This document shows, piece by piece, positions 50,215-63,377 of a DNA stretch of 64,000 bases. The stretch comes from Podarcis bocagei (taxonomy: Eukaryota): the NCBI GenBank assembly GCA_964188305.1, contig OZ076886.1; one strand, given 5' to 3'. A program made the position numbers and the translations under genes. The notes beneath the pieces are model-generated. The model ran no database searches and was not told the DNA's origin. It saw only the letters and a list, made by a program, of their open reading frames with translations. The first letter of the stretch is position 1. Each line of letters opens with the position of its first letter.

Positions 50215-50364
50215 CATCCTTCCGCAATCTGGTGCACTCCAATCCAGATGCTGTTGGAATAGAGCGTCCATCTTCCCTGGCTATTGGCCATGTTGGCTGA
50301 GCTGCTGGGAGTTGGGAGTCCAGAGTCCAACAACATCTGGAGGGCAGCAGGATGAGGAAGGCTG
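50215..50364. mobile_element. Palindromic hAT-Charlie-like MITE
   Basis: ccagatgctgttgga...attggccatgttggctg...gagtccaacaacatctggagggc...gaaggctg. Confidence 0.7.
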
Positions 50365-52044
50365 CTGTAGGGAATTGCCCTGCCTTGTCCACCTTGTCAT
50401 TGCTTCCTAATTATTTGCTACAGTCTTTGATTTTACTAATCTTGGACGGCTAATTTAGTCCCAATGCTCTGGTTTCTAGTTCTTGCCCATTGCATTAGAT
50501 TTGTTCCAGATTCTTATCTTTGGTCTGGGTCTGAGCCAAACTCCGGTGATACTATCCTGCCACTGTCATCATCTTTGTAATCTCTTCAGAGGCCAAACTT
50601 CCAAACAAGAAGATACAAATAAGCAGAGCTATACAACAGGATCTAAGTAGCATTCATCTGGTTGCTGATTGCTAAGCAAATGTCTGGATGACACCTTTCG
50701 TCCAAATGTCAGTAAGCGTTTGGTATGCAGAATAGGACATGGGAAATTTTCTGGAGAACTGTTTATTTGTGAAATAATTTCTATCCCATCTTTTGGCTCC
50801 ACATGGGGCCCCCAAGGTGATTCAAATGAGAAAGGTCACCCAATACAAGGTCTTCAAGTATATAATTACTTACTGTGTATATAACGCCTTTAACTTGTGG
50901 TGCTTTACAATCCTGATTGTATCATTCCCTCGTGGTAAAGTTCTGTGACGCAGTCATAATTTCTCTCCATTTAACAGATGGAGAATTGAGGCTAAAAGCA
51001 TGTGAATTGTCAAAACTGTAATGAAGCTGTGGTAGAGAAGGCCTTTCAGATTCTATTTCTCTACTCACTTGATCTTAACTGTGTTACAGAAGATTCTAGA
51101 GAGTTCTACCCCGCATTTGAATACAAAATGAGGTATGGCAGATTACTGATTCCTTCCGTTCTACTCTCAATGGGGCATTTCCATTCTTGTATGGCAGTGC
51201 TTCAAAGCCATATTTTCCTCTGTCTCAGTCAATCAGTTTAAATTTCTATCTAACGTTCTATAGTCAAATACTATAACGTTCTATATTTATAAAGCTTCCA
51301 AGCAGTCTATAGATGGAATCTTCCATGTTTATTATGTAACTGCCATATGTTTCGGTAAATTTTAACTGAGCTGTGAGACAGATAGGGCAAGGGACAGAGA
51401 CTGCAGCATGAGCTGGCATGACAAACTGCAGATAGACACATATTTGGGAGGTTGGGGAGGCAGCAACCAAGCATCACTCTCACCATTAAGCTGATTTCAT
51501 TGTTTTTAGCATTTTGACATGCACGATGCCAAGGACCCTTTTGGAAATGTTTTCATTATGTCCTTTGTTGTCCACAGTGATCTGTGACACTGTCTCCTTC
51601 TGCGAGCCCCTCTGCAGATGCTGCTGTGTCAGAATGAGAGCATTGTCCATTTGTTTGTCCTCTCCTTGCCCCTCCTTGTTTAACTCTTCCTAATCTTTTG
51701 GAACAAGTGCCAAATGGGATGTTTTGACATCTGATCCTTGGCTGAACCTTCATTTTAGTTAAAACCACCCCAGGCTGTTTTCATTGATCTCTTTGTTCCG
51801 TTTGTATCCTGGATTTCCAAAGAGCCGCATTTTAATCCAACAGCAGCCATGTGAGGTAGGCCATGCTGAACTCTGACCCTCCACCCTTCCCTTCCTGTAG
51901 GCCCGAAGCCTCCCACCACAGTGCTGCCCTCCTTGCCAATGTACAGATAAATAACCAAAAAGTGCTCAATAAGAAAGGAAAGAGGTATCAATTCATGTAT
52001 ATGCATGTGTGAGCCACTCCTCTGATCGGTTATACTAGCTTTTT

Positions 52045-52630
52045 AATATTACTTACTACATTTATGTCCCATCTTCTTCCAAGGAGCTCTGGGCAGTGTA
52101 CACTTGGCATTTTCACTGTCACAACAAGCCTATGAGGTAGGTTAGCTTGAGTGAGGGTGACTGGCAAAAGGGTACCCAATGAGCTTCATGAACCCTAGTC
52201 TAGCTGGTCCTAGTCTGACTCTTCAACCCAGTGGCAGGGAACCTTCCACAGTGCAGAGGCCACATTCACTTCTGAGGGTCATATGCCAGTGGTGAGTGGG
52301 TGGAGCAGAGCAAAATTGGGTAGAGCAACATATGCAATTTTTGCCTTGGTACAGTAGGCTGGCTTCTACACACACTCATACACCCTTCTCTATTCTCCAT
52401 CCAGGTAAGCAATGGGCCTTCTCAGAGTTCAAGGACACAATCCAGGCAGAAACTGTTGGAAAAAACGCCCCTGGGAAGGGTGCCAACATGTGGGGTGGAA
52501 AGCAGAACTAGTCAAGGGTGTGGCCTGGGGAGGGTCCTGAGACCCAGATACAGAAGACTGGGGGACCACATTTTCCCCTGGTCCTGAGTTTCCCCACCCC
52601 TGCTTTAACCATCACACCAGGCTGACTCTC
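52045..52630 (-). mobile_element. MIR-like / L2-tailed SINE split by a hAT element
   Basis: tttatgtcccatc...acaacaagcctatgaggtaggttag...tgactggc...tcctagtctgactcttcaacc | atcacaccaggctg. Confidence 0.7.
52229..52602 (+). mobile_element. hAT-Charlie-like non-autonomous element
   Basis: cagtggcagggaac ... gtttccccacccctg; TSD CTTCAACC / CTTTAACC (7/8). Confidence 0.85.
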
Positions 52631-53109
52631 TATTCTTACCATCAAGCCACACCTCCAGACTGTTCCCCCCCCCCAGTAGCTGCCACCCATTTGGTGTTCA
52701 CCTGTCTCTTTCTATGAATTAATGACTGACTGAGTAGGAAGCCAGAACTGGGTGGATACAACCATAAATATTGTTTGTTGAATGGCAATTAGGGTATGAA
52801 ATTGCTTGCATTTGTGGTTTAGTTTTTCCTTGCATCTTGTATAAACTACTGAAATGTCAGATCCTGAGCATTTCAGCTTTCATTACTCGCTCGTTAAATG
52901 TTCTGACGTGCACTTTGAGCTCTCTCCCATGGCGATGCTCATCACAGAGACACCGTCCTGTACCCACCTTCAAGGTCACCTCATCATCTCCCTTCAAATC
53001 TGTCTTCACCGCTTTCACTTGCTGAGCTGTCAAGTACCTAAAAACACACACTAACATCGACAGTACTTAAGTGGCTGATGTGCTTGTGGCTGGTATGTCT
53101 AATAGCCTT

Positions 53110-53190
53110 ACAATGCAATCCTGTGCATGCCTGCTCACAAGTAAGTGCTATTGAGCACAGTGGGATTTACTCCCAGTATACAATTTGATC
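53110..53190. mobile_element. ~90-bp palindromic mini-repeat, representative copy (others near 14280, 18290, 34690, 41110, 45285, 45380 and 47988)
   Basis: gcaatcct..gcatg....ctca.aagtaagt.c.attgag..cagtggga.ttactccc family; superfamily not determined. Confidence 0.6.
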
Positions 53191-53549
53191 CATAATGCCA
53201 ACACACACACAAACACTTTATTATTGTCCTCCTAATGCATTGAGTTATAGCAGCAAAAGTATTCAGATTTGGGTGGAGAAACAGATCAGGTATGGTAAGC
53301 TGTGTAGAAACTGGCATCCTGCTTAGTCAGCTTGTAAATGAAACCGAAACAGACACGTGAATATAGATGTCAGGTGTGGCAACAAGTCAAGTGGTTCAGG
53401 CACTTGACTGCATTCCTGAAGCTTGCATGCTCAAAGATAATTCATGGGTCTTGCATTAGAGTGACTCGAGTCTTACATTAAATGCCTGTAGTCCACCAAT
53501 CTGTGAATAAAGGCCTCATGCATTGTTGGAGTGGTCAACAGATCAGATA

Positions 53550-53775
53550 CAGTGGTACCTCGGGTTACATGCGCTTCAGGTTACAGACTCCGCTAACCCA
53601 GAAATAGTGCTTCAGGTTAAGAACTTTGTTTCAGGATGAGAACAGAAATCATGCTCCGGCGGCATGGCAGCAGCAGGAGGCCCCATTAGCTAAAGTGGTG
53701 CTTCAGGTTAAGAACAGTTTCAGGTTAAGAACAGACCTCCGGAACAAATAAAGTACTTAACCCGAGGTACCACTG
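53550..53775 (+). mobile_element. Tc1/mariner (Tigger-like) MITE
   Basis: Perfect 18-bp TIR CAGTGGTACCTCGGGTTA / TAACCCGAGGTACCACTG with TA TSD on both sides. Confidence 0.95.
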
Positions 53776-54900
53776 TACCAAGAAACTGAAAGAGAAAAGC
53801 AGAGGGAACAGGAATCACATGTATCTTACGCTTCCTTTTTCTATGTTTTACTGTTTCATCCAAAATAGAACTCTTGCATCTTTTGTACTGTGGCTGACGG
53901 GTCGGAAGCTTGTGCTTTTCCATAGAGAAGACATAAACACTGTATTTTGGATGAGATGGGAAAGCACAAAGGCAGAATGAGCAAGGCACTTCCACATTCC
54001 CGCTGCATCAGCCTCACATCTGAAGCTGCTCTCCATGAGCTCACAAACATACTATACGTAATGCTAACTCACTCTGATGTAATTGCATTGGGACACTGAG
54101 AAACTGGGAATATCTCTCTGCATTTCCAAATCTTATGTACAAACTCCATGCGTGGAAATGGAACGTTTCATTAAATGAATGCCTTTGATCATTGGATGTT
54201 GTACTTCATCAATTACCTAGGAACACATGGGATTGTGGTTGGCTTGATAGTCTCATGTTGAAAGATGACCCACATTCAGCTCTAAGCCCAGGGAAATGTG
54301 TACAAACTACTAAGTATTAGGTTGCTTAGCACTGGGTTGCCCAATCAGCTTAAGGATCAGGAATCCAAAAGATCTGCAGGATCCGCTTAAGTTGTGGCAA
54401 TTGAAGCAGTGACTTTTGTACTGTGGTTGAAGAACCAATCTGTTTCTGGAAGGAACATCCCCCCCACACACACACACACATGCACACCAGCCTCCTTGCC
54501 TTATTCTCATTTGAAGGTGATGCTTCTTTGATATGAACACTGTTCTTTGCATCAGCTAGCTCCTTGTTGAGAGATTGTCACATGGAACTATGGTCTATTT
54601 ATTTCATTTATTTTTTGGCTCTTTTTTTCAAAGCTTCCGATCTCATGTTGACCTGAGCAAGGTAGCTCAGATGCTGGTATGGGGCGTTATCCAAGTAAAG
54701 GGTTCTGTTGGTGTGAGTCCTTTTGACTGTGCAGTGGAACTTCCCCTTCCACTCCTATCCCCAAATGTCCCCATGCATCCTGTATCTGTTGTGGGTTTCC
54801 CCTTAACCATACGGAGCAGCTTTAGGGGACAGGAGAGGGAGGAGATGTTCTGTTGTGCAGCCAGAAGTGCTTATACTAGCAGACACATCCATGGTCTTTA

Positions 54901-55090
54901 CATAGGAACACAATAAGCTCCCATATGAAGTCAGACCATTTGTTTAGCACTGTCCACACTGAGTGGAAGTTGCTCTCCAAGGTTTCAGGCAAGGGGTCTT
55001 TTCTCGTCCTATCTGGAGATGTTGATGATTGAACTTAGTACCTTTTGTATGCAAAGCAGATGCTCAACAACTGAGCCACAGCCCTTCCCT
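54901..55090 (-). mobile_element. tRNA(Ala-like)-headed SINE
   Basis: agtcagaccatt...ctggagatg...ttttgtatgcaaagcagatgctcaacaactgagccacagcccttccc. Confidence 0.8.
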
Positions 55091-56691
55091 TTTCTGAATG
55101 AGTCTGAGGTGGATTCTCATCAGACTGAGGATATAGCCTGCAACCACCCATACAGGACCAGAAAACAGCCACATATGGGAGTCATCTCTTTCTCTCATAC
55201 TTCCTCTCCATTTTTATTTTTGAAAACCAGACTAGTTTCTGGAGTAACTGCCAGGCGGGAGGGGGAGTCCTCCTTCTTTTAACTACCGTTTCACCAAGGA
55301 CTGTGAGCCATCAAAAGTTCAGAACTCTTCAGGGGGAAATAAAAGATGCAATTCTCCACCCCACACACTGTCGTAGCGCAATACAATGTTTATTTGTATT
55401 TTTTAACAGCTTGGGCAATACTTCTGAGTGGGAACAGATGTAACAACGAAATTCCATCTTCAGCTGCTCAGTGGGATTCTGTTTTCAACTTCATCAAACA
55501 AACTCTTTTCCATCCCAGAATGCTGATTTTGGAACACAGTGCACATCTGTCCAGTGTACGGGGGAGGCAACTGGCAGAATTTGGGAGAAGGGAAACTGAT
55601 GAACAGCATCATTACAATGCAACCCACAATGGTTACAGAGGGGCCATAATAATGATTTCATTCACATCCTGCAATAGTTTTACATTTAAGCATAGAGTAA
55701 TCACACCACCTTGGTGGAATTACCTAATGAACTGTTTTGTAAGATCACTGTGGGGGGAGTATTTTTGTTAACAGAGAAAATACCTCTTGGTTCATCTTAA
55801 ATTTACATCCTTTGACATTAGAGCTGAAAATAATTTGTAGGAACATTATAAGGTGTATTTTTCTAAGAAGAAAATAAAATTTCAAATTATCCTACCTAGA
55901 TTTCTCACCCACCATTTCCATTGTTATTTGTTAAAGATGCATTGATGAGTTTTGAATAAAAACAAGGTGCAATAATAATGGCCTATCCCAAGAGTAAGTT
56001 CAGTCATGTTGGGGCACCTTCATACTAGTGTGGAGATCTGACATTGGAAATATTTTATTCAAATAGGTTGGTTCACAGAGTAATCCCAACGTAAATGTTA
56101 TGCACCACCATGTATGGATCACAGCCAGGTGGCATGCAAATAAAGCTCATTATGGTTGGATCAGCCCAAAGAAGAACACCTGCAAATTTTGGAGCAGATT
56201 CCAGTGTAGAGAAAATTCAAAAGAGCAGACCCTCGCTACATGCAACTCAAAATGCAACTTGCTTGAATCTCACACCTTACCACATTCTCCTTCATCTGGA
56301 ATGTCTGTGCATCAGGGACATGACTCCAAGCTGAGCTCATAGGTCTAACTGAAAGGACCAGAGCAGTTGTTATGGGCTGCTTTACATTGCTCCATGTTGT
56401 AGCTCCCTCTCTATGTGGCAGGCTGCTCAGGTACAGCAGCCCAGCACATGGATCTTTCCCAAAGCACTGTAAATAGTCCCACTCGCCTTGTCTGTAGCAG
56501 CATGGAGAAAATGATATTGTGAGTTGTGGCATATAATTGGCTGACTGTGGAGAGGGAGCCAGGGAGTGATGATTCTGAGTGACCTCTGTGTAGTGACATT
56601 AATGTGTATTGACCCAAATGTGCATAGGCTGAAGTAGAGATGTTAGAGCATTCCGATGGAAACAGAAAAAGAAGCTGAAATTTCCCCAGTT

Positions 56692-56818
56692 CTCATGAAA
56701 CCAGAGTTAGAAGGGACCATAAGGATCATCTAGTCCAACTCCCAGCAATGCAGGAAGCTTTTGCCCAATGTGGGGCTTGAACCCATGACCTTGAGACTGA
56801 GTCTCATGGTCTACCGAT
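56692..56818 (-). mobile_element. tRNA-Lys(CTT)-derived SINE with CR1 tail, second copy
   Basis: Homologous to 32883-33025. Confidence 0.85.
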
Positions 56819-58656
56819 GTTCATCTTTGGTCAGGGTTGGAAATCAGTCAAGTGAATATTATCAGTATTCGTTTGCATCATTGTTGCTTTTAAATCTGCA
56901 AACAATATGGAATTAATGATATGGTGGGCTGTTTTTTATACGTTGTTCCGATGTTCCCTTTACACTGAAATGAATGGAAGTTATGTACATAGTTATGTAA
57001 ATTACATCACTTACAAAAAAAATGGAAGAACGTAGGATGAATAACGTAGCATTTGGTGGAAACTGCAGCAGAATGGAAATCACACTGATTGTGGCAGGCA
57101 TAGGTCTGAACAGAAATCACTGCCTTCTTGCATCCCTTGGCTGAGGTGATAAATTCTCACAAGGCTGTGTGCTACCTGAAATTTCATACAGAGATTCGCT
57201 TGAAAGAATACCATGTGAAAGTTGTGCTGGCTTTCACTCTAATGAGCTTTGGCATGGGACACAATTTTTCATGTATCAGAGCATTTCCAAACATGCAACT
57301 CTGCACTTGGGGGGTAGGGAAATGAGATGATGCAAGACCATGAGAAGGTACCGCTGAATCAGCCCTTAAAGTTGTCTTTTTCTTTTTAACTGCTCTGTGA
57401 TGAGTTCCACACTTGTGTGGTATTTAAGAAGTTCAATTCCATGATTTATGATTTGCTCCATGATTCAAGACTAGAACTCTCAGAACTTTTGCCTGAATAC
57501 TGAATGCTTTATTCAATTGGATTTCTATCCCTCCCATCTCTAGGATTACGAGCAACTTTCACGAGCAACATTTACTGTTTCGTATTATGAAAGGGGGAGA
57601 AAGGGGAAAACAAAAACAAGAGAGTTTTCTCCTAAACATTCCACACACAGCCCCCAAATAATAGCTAATGCCTTTTAACAGTGTCCTTTTCTTAGATTCC
57701 CTTGTGAAGTTGTGCTAAGAAACAGTGCAAATTTCAAGCAGCTGTTGCCCATCTAGCTGATGGGTGGGACCAACTTGTCCTTCCCTTTGCTGATAGAGAT
57801 CTGCCTGAGCAATTGGTGTAATGTGATCCAAGCATTACTGTTACGTCTGCGTTGGCCTATTTTGCATCCAGCCCCAATGACTCTCATTTCCACGTCTCCC
57901 TAGTACACAGAAAGGCATTACAGGCTCCCACCCCACCTCCACTTTTGGCCCTTTTCCTATGGATCAGGCGAAAGAGCTAAAACCACATAAGACCATGTAA
58001 GAGCTAAAAGCCAAGCTTAGGAAGTTAGCTGTTGGCAGGTCACCCAACTAAGATACAGGGATTTTATTAATCCCACAGTTCTCCACACAGAAACAGGAAG
58101 CCTTTCTGGAACAGTAGAGAGTGGCCCATAAACAGCTCAAATTAATGCAGTCAAAGCAATTGTGAGCACATGTGGCTGTTGTGAAGCAGAACAGAGTCAT
58201 CCCTAAGAATTGACCATGGGCTTATATCCAGATGTGCCCTTCCACTCACAGAAGGCTCTTCAACCCAGGGAAGGAAATTTTTGCTGGTTCTCCCTTCTCT
58301 CTGCGCACATTTGCTCTAGAGGGTTTAGGAACTTTCTGGGAGAGCATGGGGCTGCAGGAGAAATGTAGATTTTGCAAAATCAAAACCACCCATCTCCCTG
58401 CTTCCATTTATGGAAACGTCCACTGGAAGAAAGGTTTCCAGGAGCAAAGGAACAAAACTGACTACAATCCATCATGTTTGACAGGCAATGACAGCCTGAG
58501 TTGATGTTTTGCATGACCTGCACAACTTGCGATCCACTGATCTAAATGCAGTGGGCCAGTGTTTAGGGCAGCTTGCCAAGAGCTTGATAGGCCTCTCTGT
58601 TTATGCTGCCTGCCCAGAAGTGTCAAAACAAAGGCATTTTGTGCCTGTGCATTACC

Positions 58657-58790
58657 CAGAGGCGTGGCAAGGCTATGTGGTACCCGGGTGCGGAAATTTT
58701 GGGTCACCCCCCCCCCTTGAGATTCATGTACTGCAGGGGGTTCGACTAGATGACCCCCAGGATCCCTTCCAACTCTACGATTCTATGATT
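58657..58790 (+). mobile_element. hAT-like left end fused to a CR1 3' tail
   Basis: cagaggcgtggcaagg...gggtcacccccc (58657-58716), then ttgagatt...gggggttcgactagatgacc...ccttccaactctacgattctatgatt. Confidence 0.7.
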
Positions 58791-61351
58791 GCACAATTAA
58801 GGTCTCCAGTTGTGAATCATTCCAGCACCCCCTCCTTTTTTAAAAAATGAATCACTGCCCAAGTAGTGTTTTGGGAGGCCTGGTCCAAAACTAATTGAAA
58901 CATCTAATAGCTTATGGTGCTGTTCCCAGGACACCACAAACCATAGCAGTCTTTCTGCTCACTTTCACCCCTGCTGTGGTTGCACATGTGATTTAAGAAC
59001 TTCAGGTTGCACGGCCACCCTTAAAATGCCTTTTTAACACCCACAGTATGTCATTTCATGCCTTCTCCCAGAATTGCAAAAAACAAGAAGTGAAAAGCCA
59101 AATAACTGCATCTGAATTTCCACTACAGTGAATTAAGACAGACAAGCCAAGACAAATTAGACAAATGAACTGTAATCTTATCGTTCCAATGGCAAAACAC
59201 TGGCCTGTGGTTTTCTTAGCAAAGAGACAAAATTCTTTCCATGTTGCACAAAACAAGCCATACTCCTCACTACAGGTAGATGAAAGGTTATAAGAGTTGG
59301 TCGTTAAAAACTTGAATATTGGCCTCCTCTCCAGATCACATTGAGCTCTAATAAATGAAAGCGGTCCCTTTCTGGACTGTGAATCAAAGTGGTGACAAAT
59401 CTCCAATAACTTCAGATGATAAAAGATAATGCCACTCATATTTATTTGTAGGTGGCAAATTATTATTGCTGTTATTCCACCAAACAACAATAATAATCAC
59501 GGGTCCTGCTATTAATACATGGTGTTAGGCACTTTTGACTTTCTACTAAAAAAGTTTATACATGTTTAAAATAAATAAAAATCTTGAAACTTTTCCAGGA
59601 AAGTTGCACAGCTGCAAAATGAGGAATCACAGGGTGTTTTTCCAAATAGTTTGGCCTCAATCCAAGACCGTCTTTACAATGCAATTCAGCCAGCAAGCTT
59701 GCCTTGCTCCGCCTTAGTTTTTTTGAATGAAGAGCGCGAGGAGGTGGAGGCAGAGCAACTCCTGCATGCAGATGAGGAGCCACAGAGCATTATGGGGGAG
59801 CATGAAATGGGTGACACAGAGCACTAAGAAAGATCGGGGCTCCATCAGGCTGGGCTGGTGGATGATGCCCGACTGTGGGTGAGTGAAGGGAAGTGGGGAT
59901 AGGGCCATGCGGCGCTGTCTGTGCTCACTGTGACTTGAAGGGGTGTGGGTGGACAGTAGCCCAGGTCCAGCAGACTCAGTAAGTCAAGCAGGGTTAATGC
60001 TTTAGCAGGGCTGCAGCACTATTTCACTGGAGGCAGAGAAATGCTCCCTAAAGCATCCGCTGTTGGCTGGTGCACAACTCCCCCCCCCACCGCTATAGGG
60101 AGTGTTTTCTGCTTACAGCAGTGTGGGGGTTGGCTGCCCACTTTGACAACCCCCAGCAAAGGCCCTGCTGGGGTGATGGTGTGTCTGTGACTTGAGTCCC
60201 AAGCCTACAGCAAGTGGCTTTGCTTGGGACTCCAGTGCTGTTGGGGGGTGCCAAATGTTACCCCCTTCAAGATGGTTCCCGGCGTGAACCGCCCACCACC
60301 CACCTTTGTACACCCCTGGCACTGCCTTCAGCTCACTGCATCACAAGTTGTGGAAGTCTGGGCTTAAGAGTTAATCTGTTGTTCACAAACACAACTGAGC
60401 CAGTCTAGCCTCCTGAGATTTCTGCTCATTTAGCAGAAGTATGTTTGTGTGTGTGTGGACACAAATCACTACCTTTATTAGGGTGGCTTGACTGTTTGCT
60501 TCTCTCAGAGAAAATAGCTTCCCTTTTCACCTTGGGTGATGACCACGATGGGAAGAGGCAGGGGTCATTCTTCGTGGAAATAATCCATTCTGCAACACTG
60601 ATTATTAGAGACTCTTGGAAGGCCTAGACTATGACCTCCAAGTCTCTTGTGAGGTTTCTCCTCCTCCAGCGTCTGACCCAAACAAGTGCTCCAATTTACT
60701 TGAAAGAAAAGAAAATCAATAATATGAGCTGCACATGGCAAGCAATGCTGTGACAACAAAGTAGCATATTCAGCCCCTGAGTCCACAGATAACATTCTGT
60801 GACAGCAAAGCAAGACGTGTCAGGTAAAGAGGCAGATTTCTAGTCAGCAACATGCTGTGTCCCAGAGGTGAAGTACCAGCTTACAGTAATCAAAATGGGC
60901 TCCGGATTCCAGTGGTCTTGCCCCCGATTGACAAGCCGTCATCACCAATATACCAACTCTGCAGGAATTCTGTACTGTATTATATATATTTCATATTATT
61001 CTTATTTCCTACTATATCCATGCTGTGCAAAGCCAGACAATTAGGTGAAAAATAAACTACTAATTATAATACAAAGGAAAGAGTTTCAAATGCAAATAGG
61101 AAAGTGTGTGCATTGTGTGGATAGATTGAAAAGCATTGTATTGTTTAGGATCACAACAGAAAAAAGTCAAATTAAATAGCTGAAGGTATTATTATTTTTA
61201 ACCTACATGTGCTATTTTGGGAGCAGCTAGTGTTTGTAGACATTTTAGGCAGCTGAATATGACAATATTGCCAATGGGGTATTTGAGACCACAGTGAAGC
61301 GAACCTCAAGGGTATAAAATTCTGTGCACTATTTAAGATTGCACGCCTCAT

Positions 61352-61402
61352 GTATTTATTTATTTGTTTGTTTGTTTGTTTGTTTGTTTGTGTATTTATT
61401 TA
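61352..61402. repeat. (TATT)n/(TGTT)n microsatellite
   Basis: Read directly. Confidence 0.9.
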
Positions 61403-62562
61403 TACATACATCCAATGCAAGAATGGTAGATGAAGGTAGAAAAAAAGGTCATGAGCTTCAATAAGTAAATTCCATTTGGAGCTTCAGTCAAACTTTTACT
61501 GCCCTGGTTGGGGGAATGGTATTCATAAAAAGTCAGCGATGCTTCACCTAACATGTATTCTGTTAGAGATATGACTAGGGAAGAATGGCCCTTGGTCAGC
61601 AATGTCCATCTTTAATGTAAATTCTCATTTCCCTCTAAGCATTTATGCCTCTACTTTTTGGCACCTCTTTCTGCCATTTGTGATAGCTTGGTCTGTCGCT
61701 CTTCTGAGCTTTCGGTGTTCAGAATTCTGATATTTGCAAAAGTCTTGCAGTGCTGATTTAAAGCAGGTACGAGAGGGAATTCTCTTGTAGTGAGATACGA
61801 GAGAATAGTGCAAGACTTAAGACTCAGGATTATACCACACTTAACCAATCCTACTGCATTGTGGATTTTCATCTAGACTTGCACCAGAAGCCATACAGAA
61901 GTAAGTAAGCATTTTTAATTGCTTTTTCTTTCATTACTCTGTTTTTTATTAGACTTCTTTCACTCATTTCCATGTTAGTAGTGTCCAGAAAAGATCCATC
62001 TGCAATCTCTTTTAACTCAAAAAATCATGGGAGCTTTGCATTGTAATTTCACATGATGAAATTTGAGGCAGTATCCTAGCTTACAGTTCTTTGCCACCAT
62101 TTAAAATTTAGCACAACATGCATCATGTCGACCAAAGAGCCACAGTTCCATAATGCAGCAGGTACTTTGGTATCAAAGGAACATTAGAAATCAGGACAGA
62201 AGCAGTAGCATTATACCCAGGAAAGCCAATGCAATAAACCCCATGTCTGAATGCAGCCCACATGTGCCCCACTCAATTCAGTTTTCTTATTTCTTTTGAA
62301 ACAAATGCACCCTGGAATGTAGGATAGGAAGTAGCACCACATATACCAGAGCATGCAAGTGTTAAAAGTATGTAGACAGCTGGGAGCACACACATCCTGC
62401 TCCTCCTGTTGCCCCCACATATATGGGGTTGTCTCAGATGTTCCTGCATTGAACATGAAGGCCTGATGCATGTTTAGCTGAGCTCATTTAGAAGCCAGTG
62501 TGTGACTGAGAACTCTGCCATATCAGAGTCCCTGGCTGTACAGAGGCTTCCAAGTGCATTCA

Positions 62563-63377
62563 GGACATTTTTTCATATGTGGTGGGATTGCAAAATTGTT
62601 AAGTATTGGGAAATGATTTATCATGAATTGGAGAAGATGTTTAAACAACGTTTGTCAAAAAACCAGAAGCTGAGTGGATATACCAAGATCACAAAAAGAC
62701 TTATTTAAGTATGCCACGACAGCCGCAGAAATACTATTAGCACAACATTGGAAAGAAGAAGGTATCCCAGTTAAAGAAGATTGGCAAGTGAAATTAATGG
62801 AATACAGTGGTACCTCGGGTTACATACGCTTCGGGTTACATACGCTTCAGGTTACAGATTCCACTAACCCAAAAATATTACCTCGGGTTAAGAACTTTGC
62901 TTCAGGATGAGAACGGAAATTGTGTGGTGGCAGCGCGGTGGCAGTGGGAGGCACCATTAGCTAAAGTGGTGCTTCAGGTTAAGAGCAGTTTTGGGTTAAG
63001 AACGGACCTCCAGAACAAATTAAGTACTTAACCCGAGGTACCACTGTATGCTGAAATGGCAAAAATGACATTGAAATTAAGAGGAAGAGACTATAATGAA
63101 TTGAAAGAAGATTGGAAGGACTTTATTGCATATATAAAGAAGCAATGTCCACAGGTTGATACACTAGCAGGATTTTAAAAATACATTATGAATGGATAAT
63201 AAGTAATTGCAATGACTTTTTAATTTAAAATGGACATGCGGTATGATGATAAACAATGGAACCAGGGAAGGGAATAGGGGGAAGTCAACTCTTTCCTTTT
63301 TTCTTTATGTTTGAAAACACATTGCTGCTGTTTTTATTTTTGTTGTTTTTGGAAAATTGATAAAATAATATGAAAAG
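62563..63377 (+). mobile_element. 5'-truncated L1/Tx1-clade LINE (ORF2 C-terminus plus 3' UTR)
   Basis: TFFHMWWDC zinc-knuckle remnant, YATTAAEILLAQHWK, and LMEY|AEMAKMT...DWKDFIAY...GF* (stop at 63176-63178); 13-bp TSD CCAAGTGCATTCA at 62550-62562 and 63378-63390. Confidence 0.9.
62805..63046 (+). mobile_element. Tc1/mariner (Tigger-like) MITE nested in the L1 fragment
   Basis: Same TIRs as 53550-53775 with TA TSD; internal 16-bp duplication cgggttacatacgctt. Confidence 0.95.
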
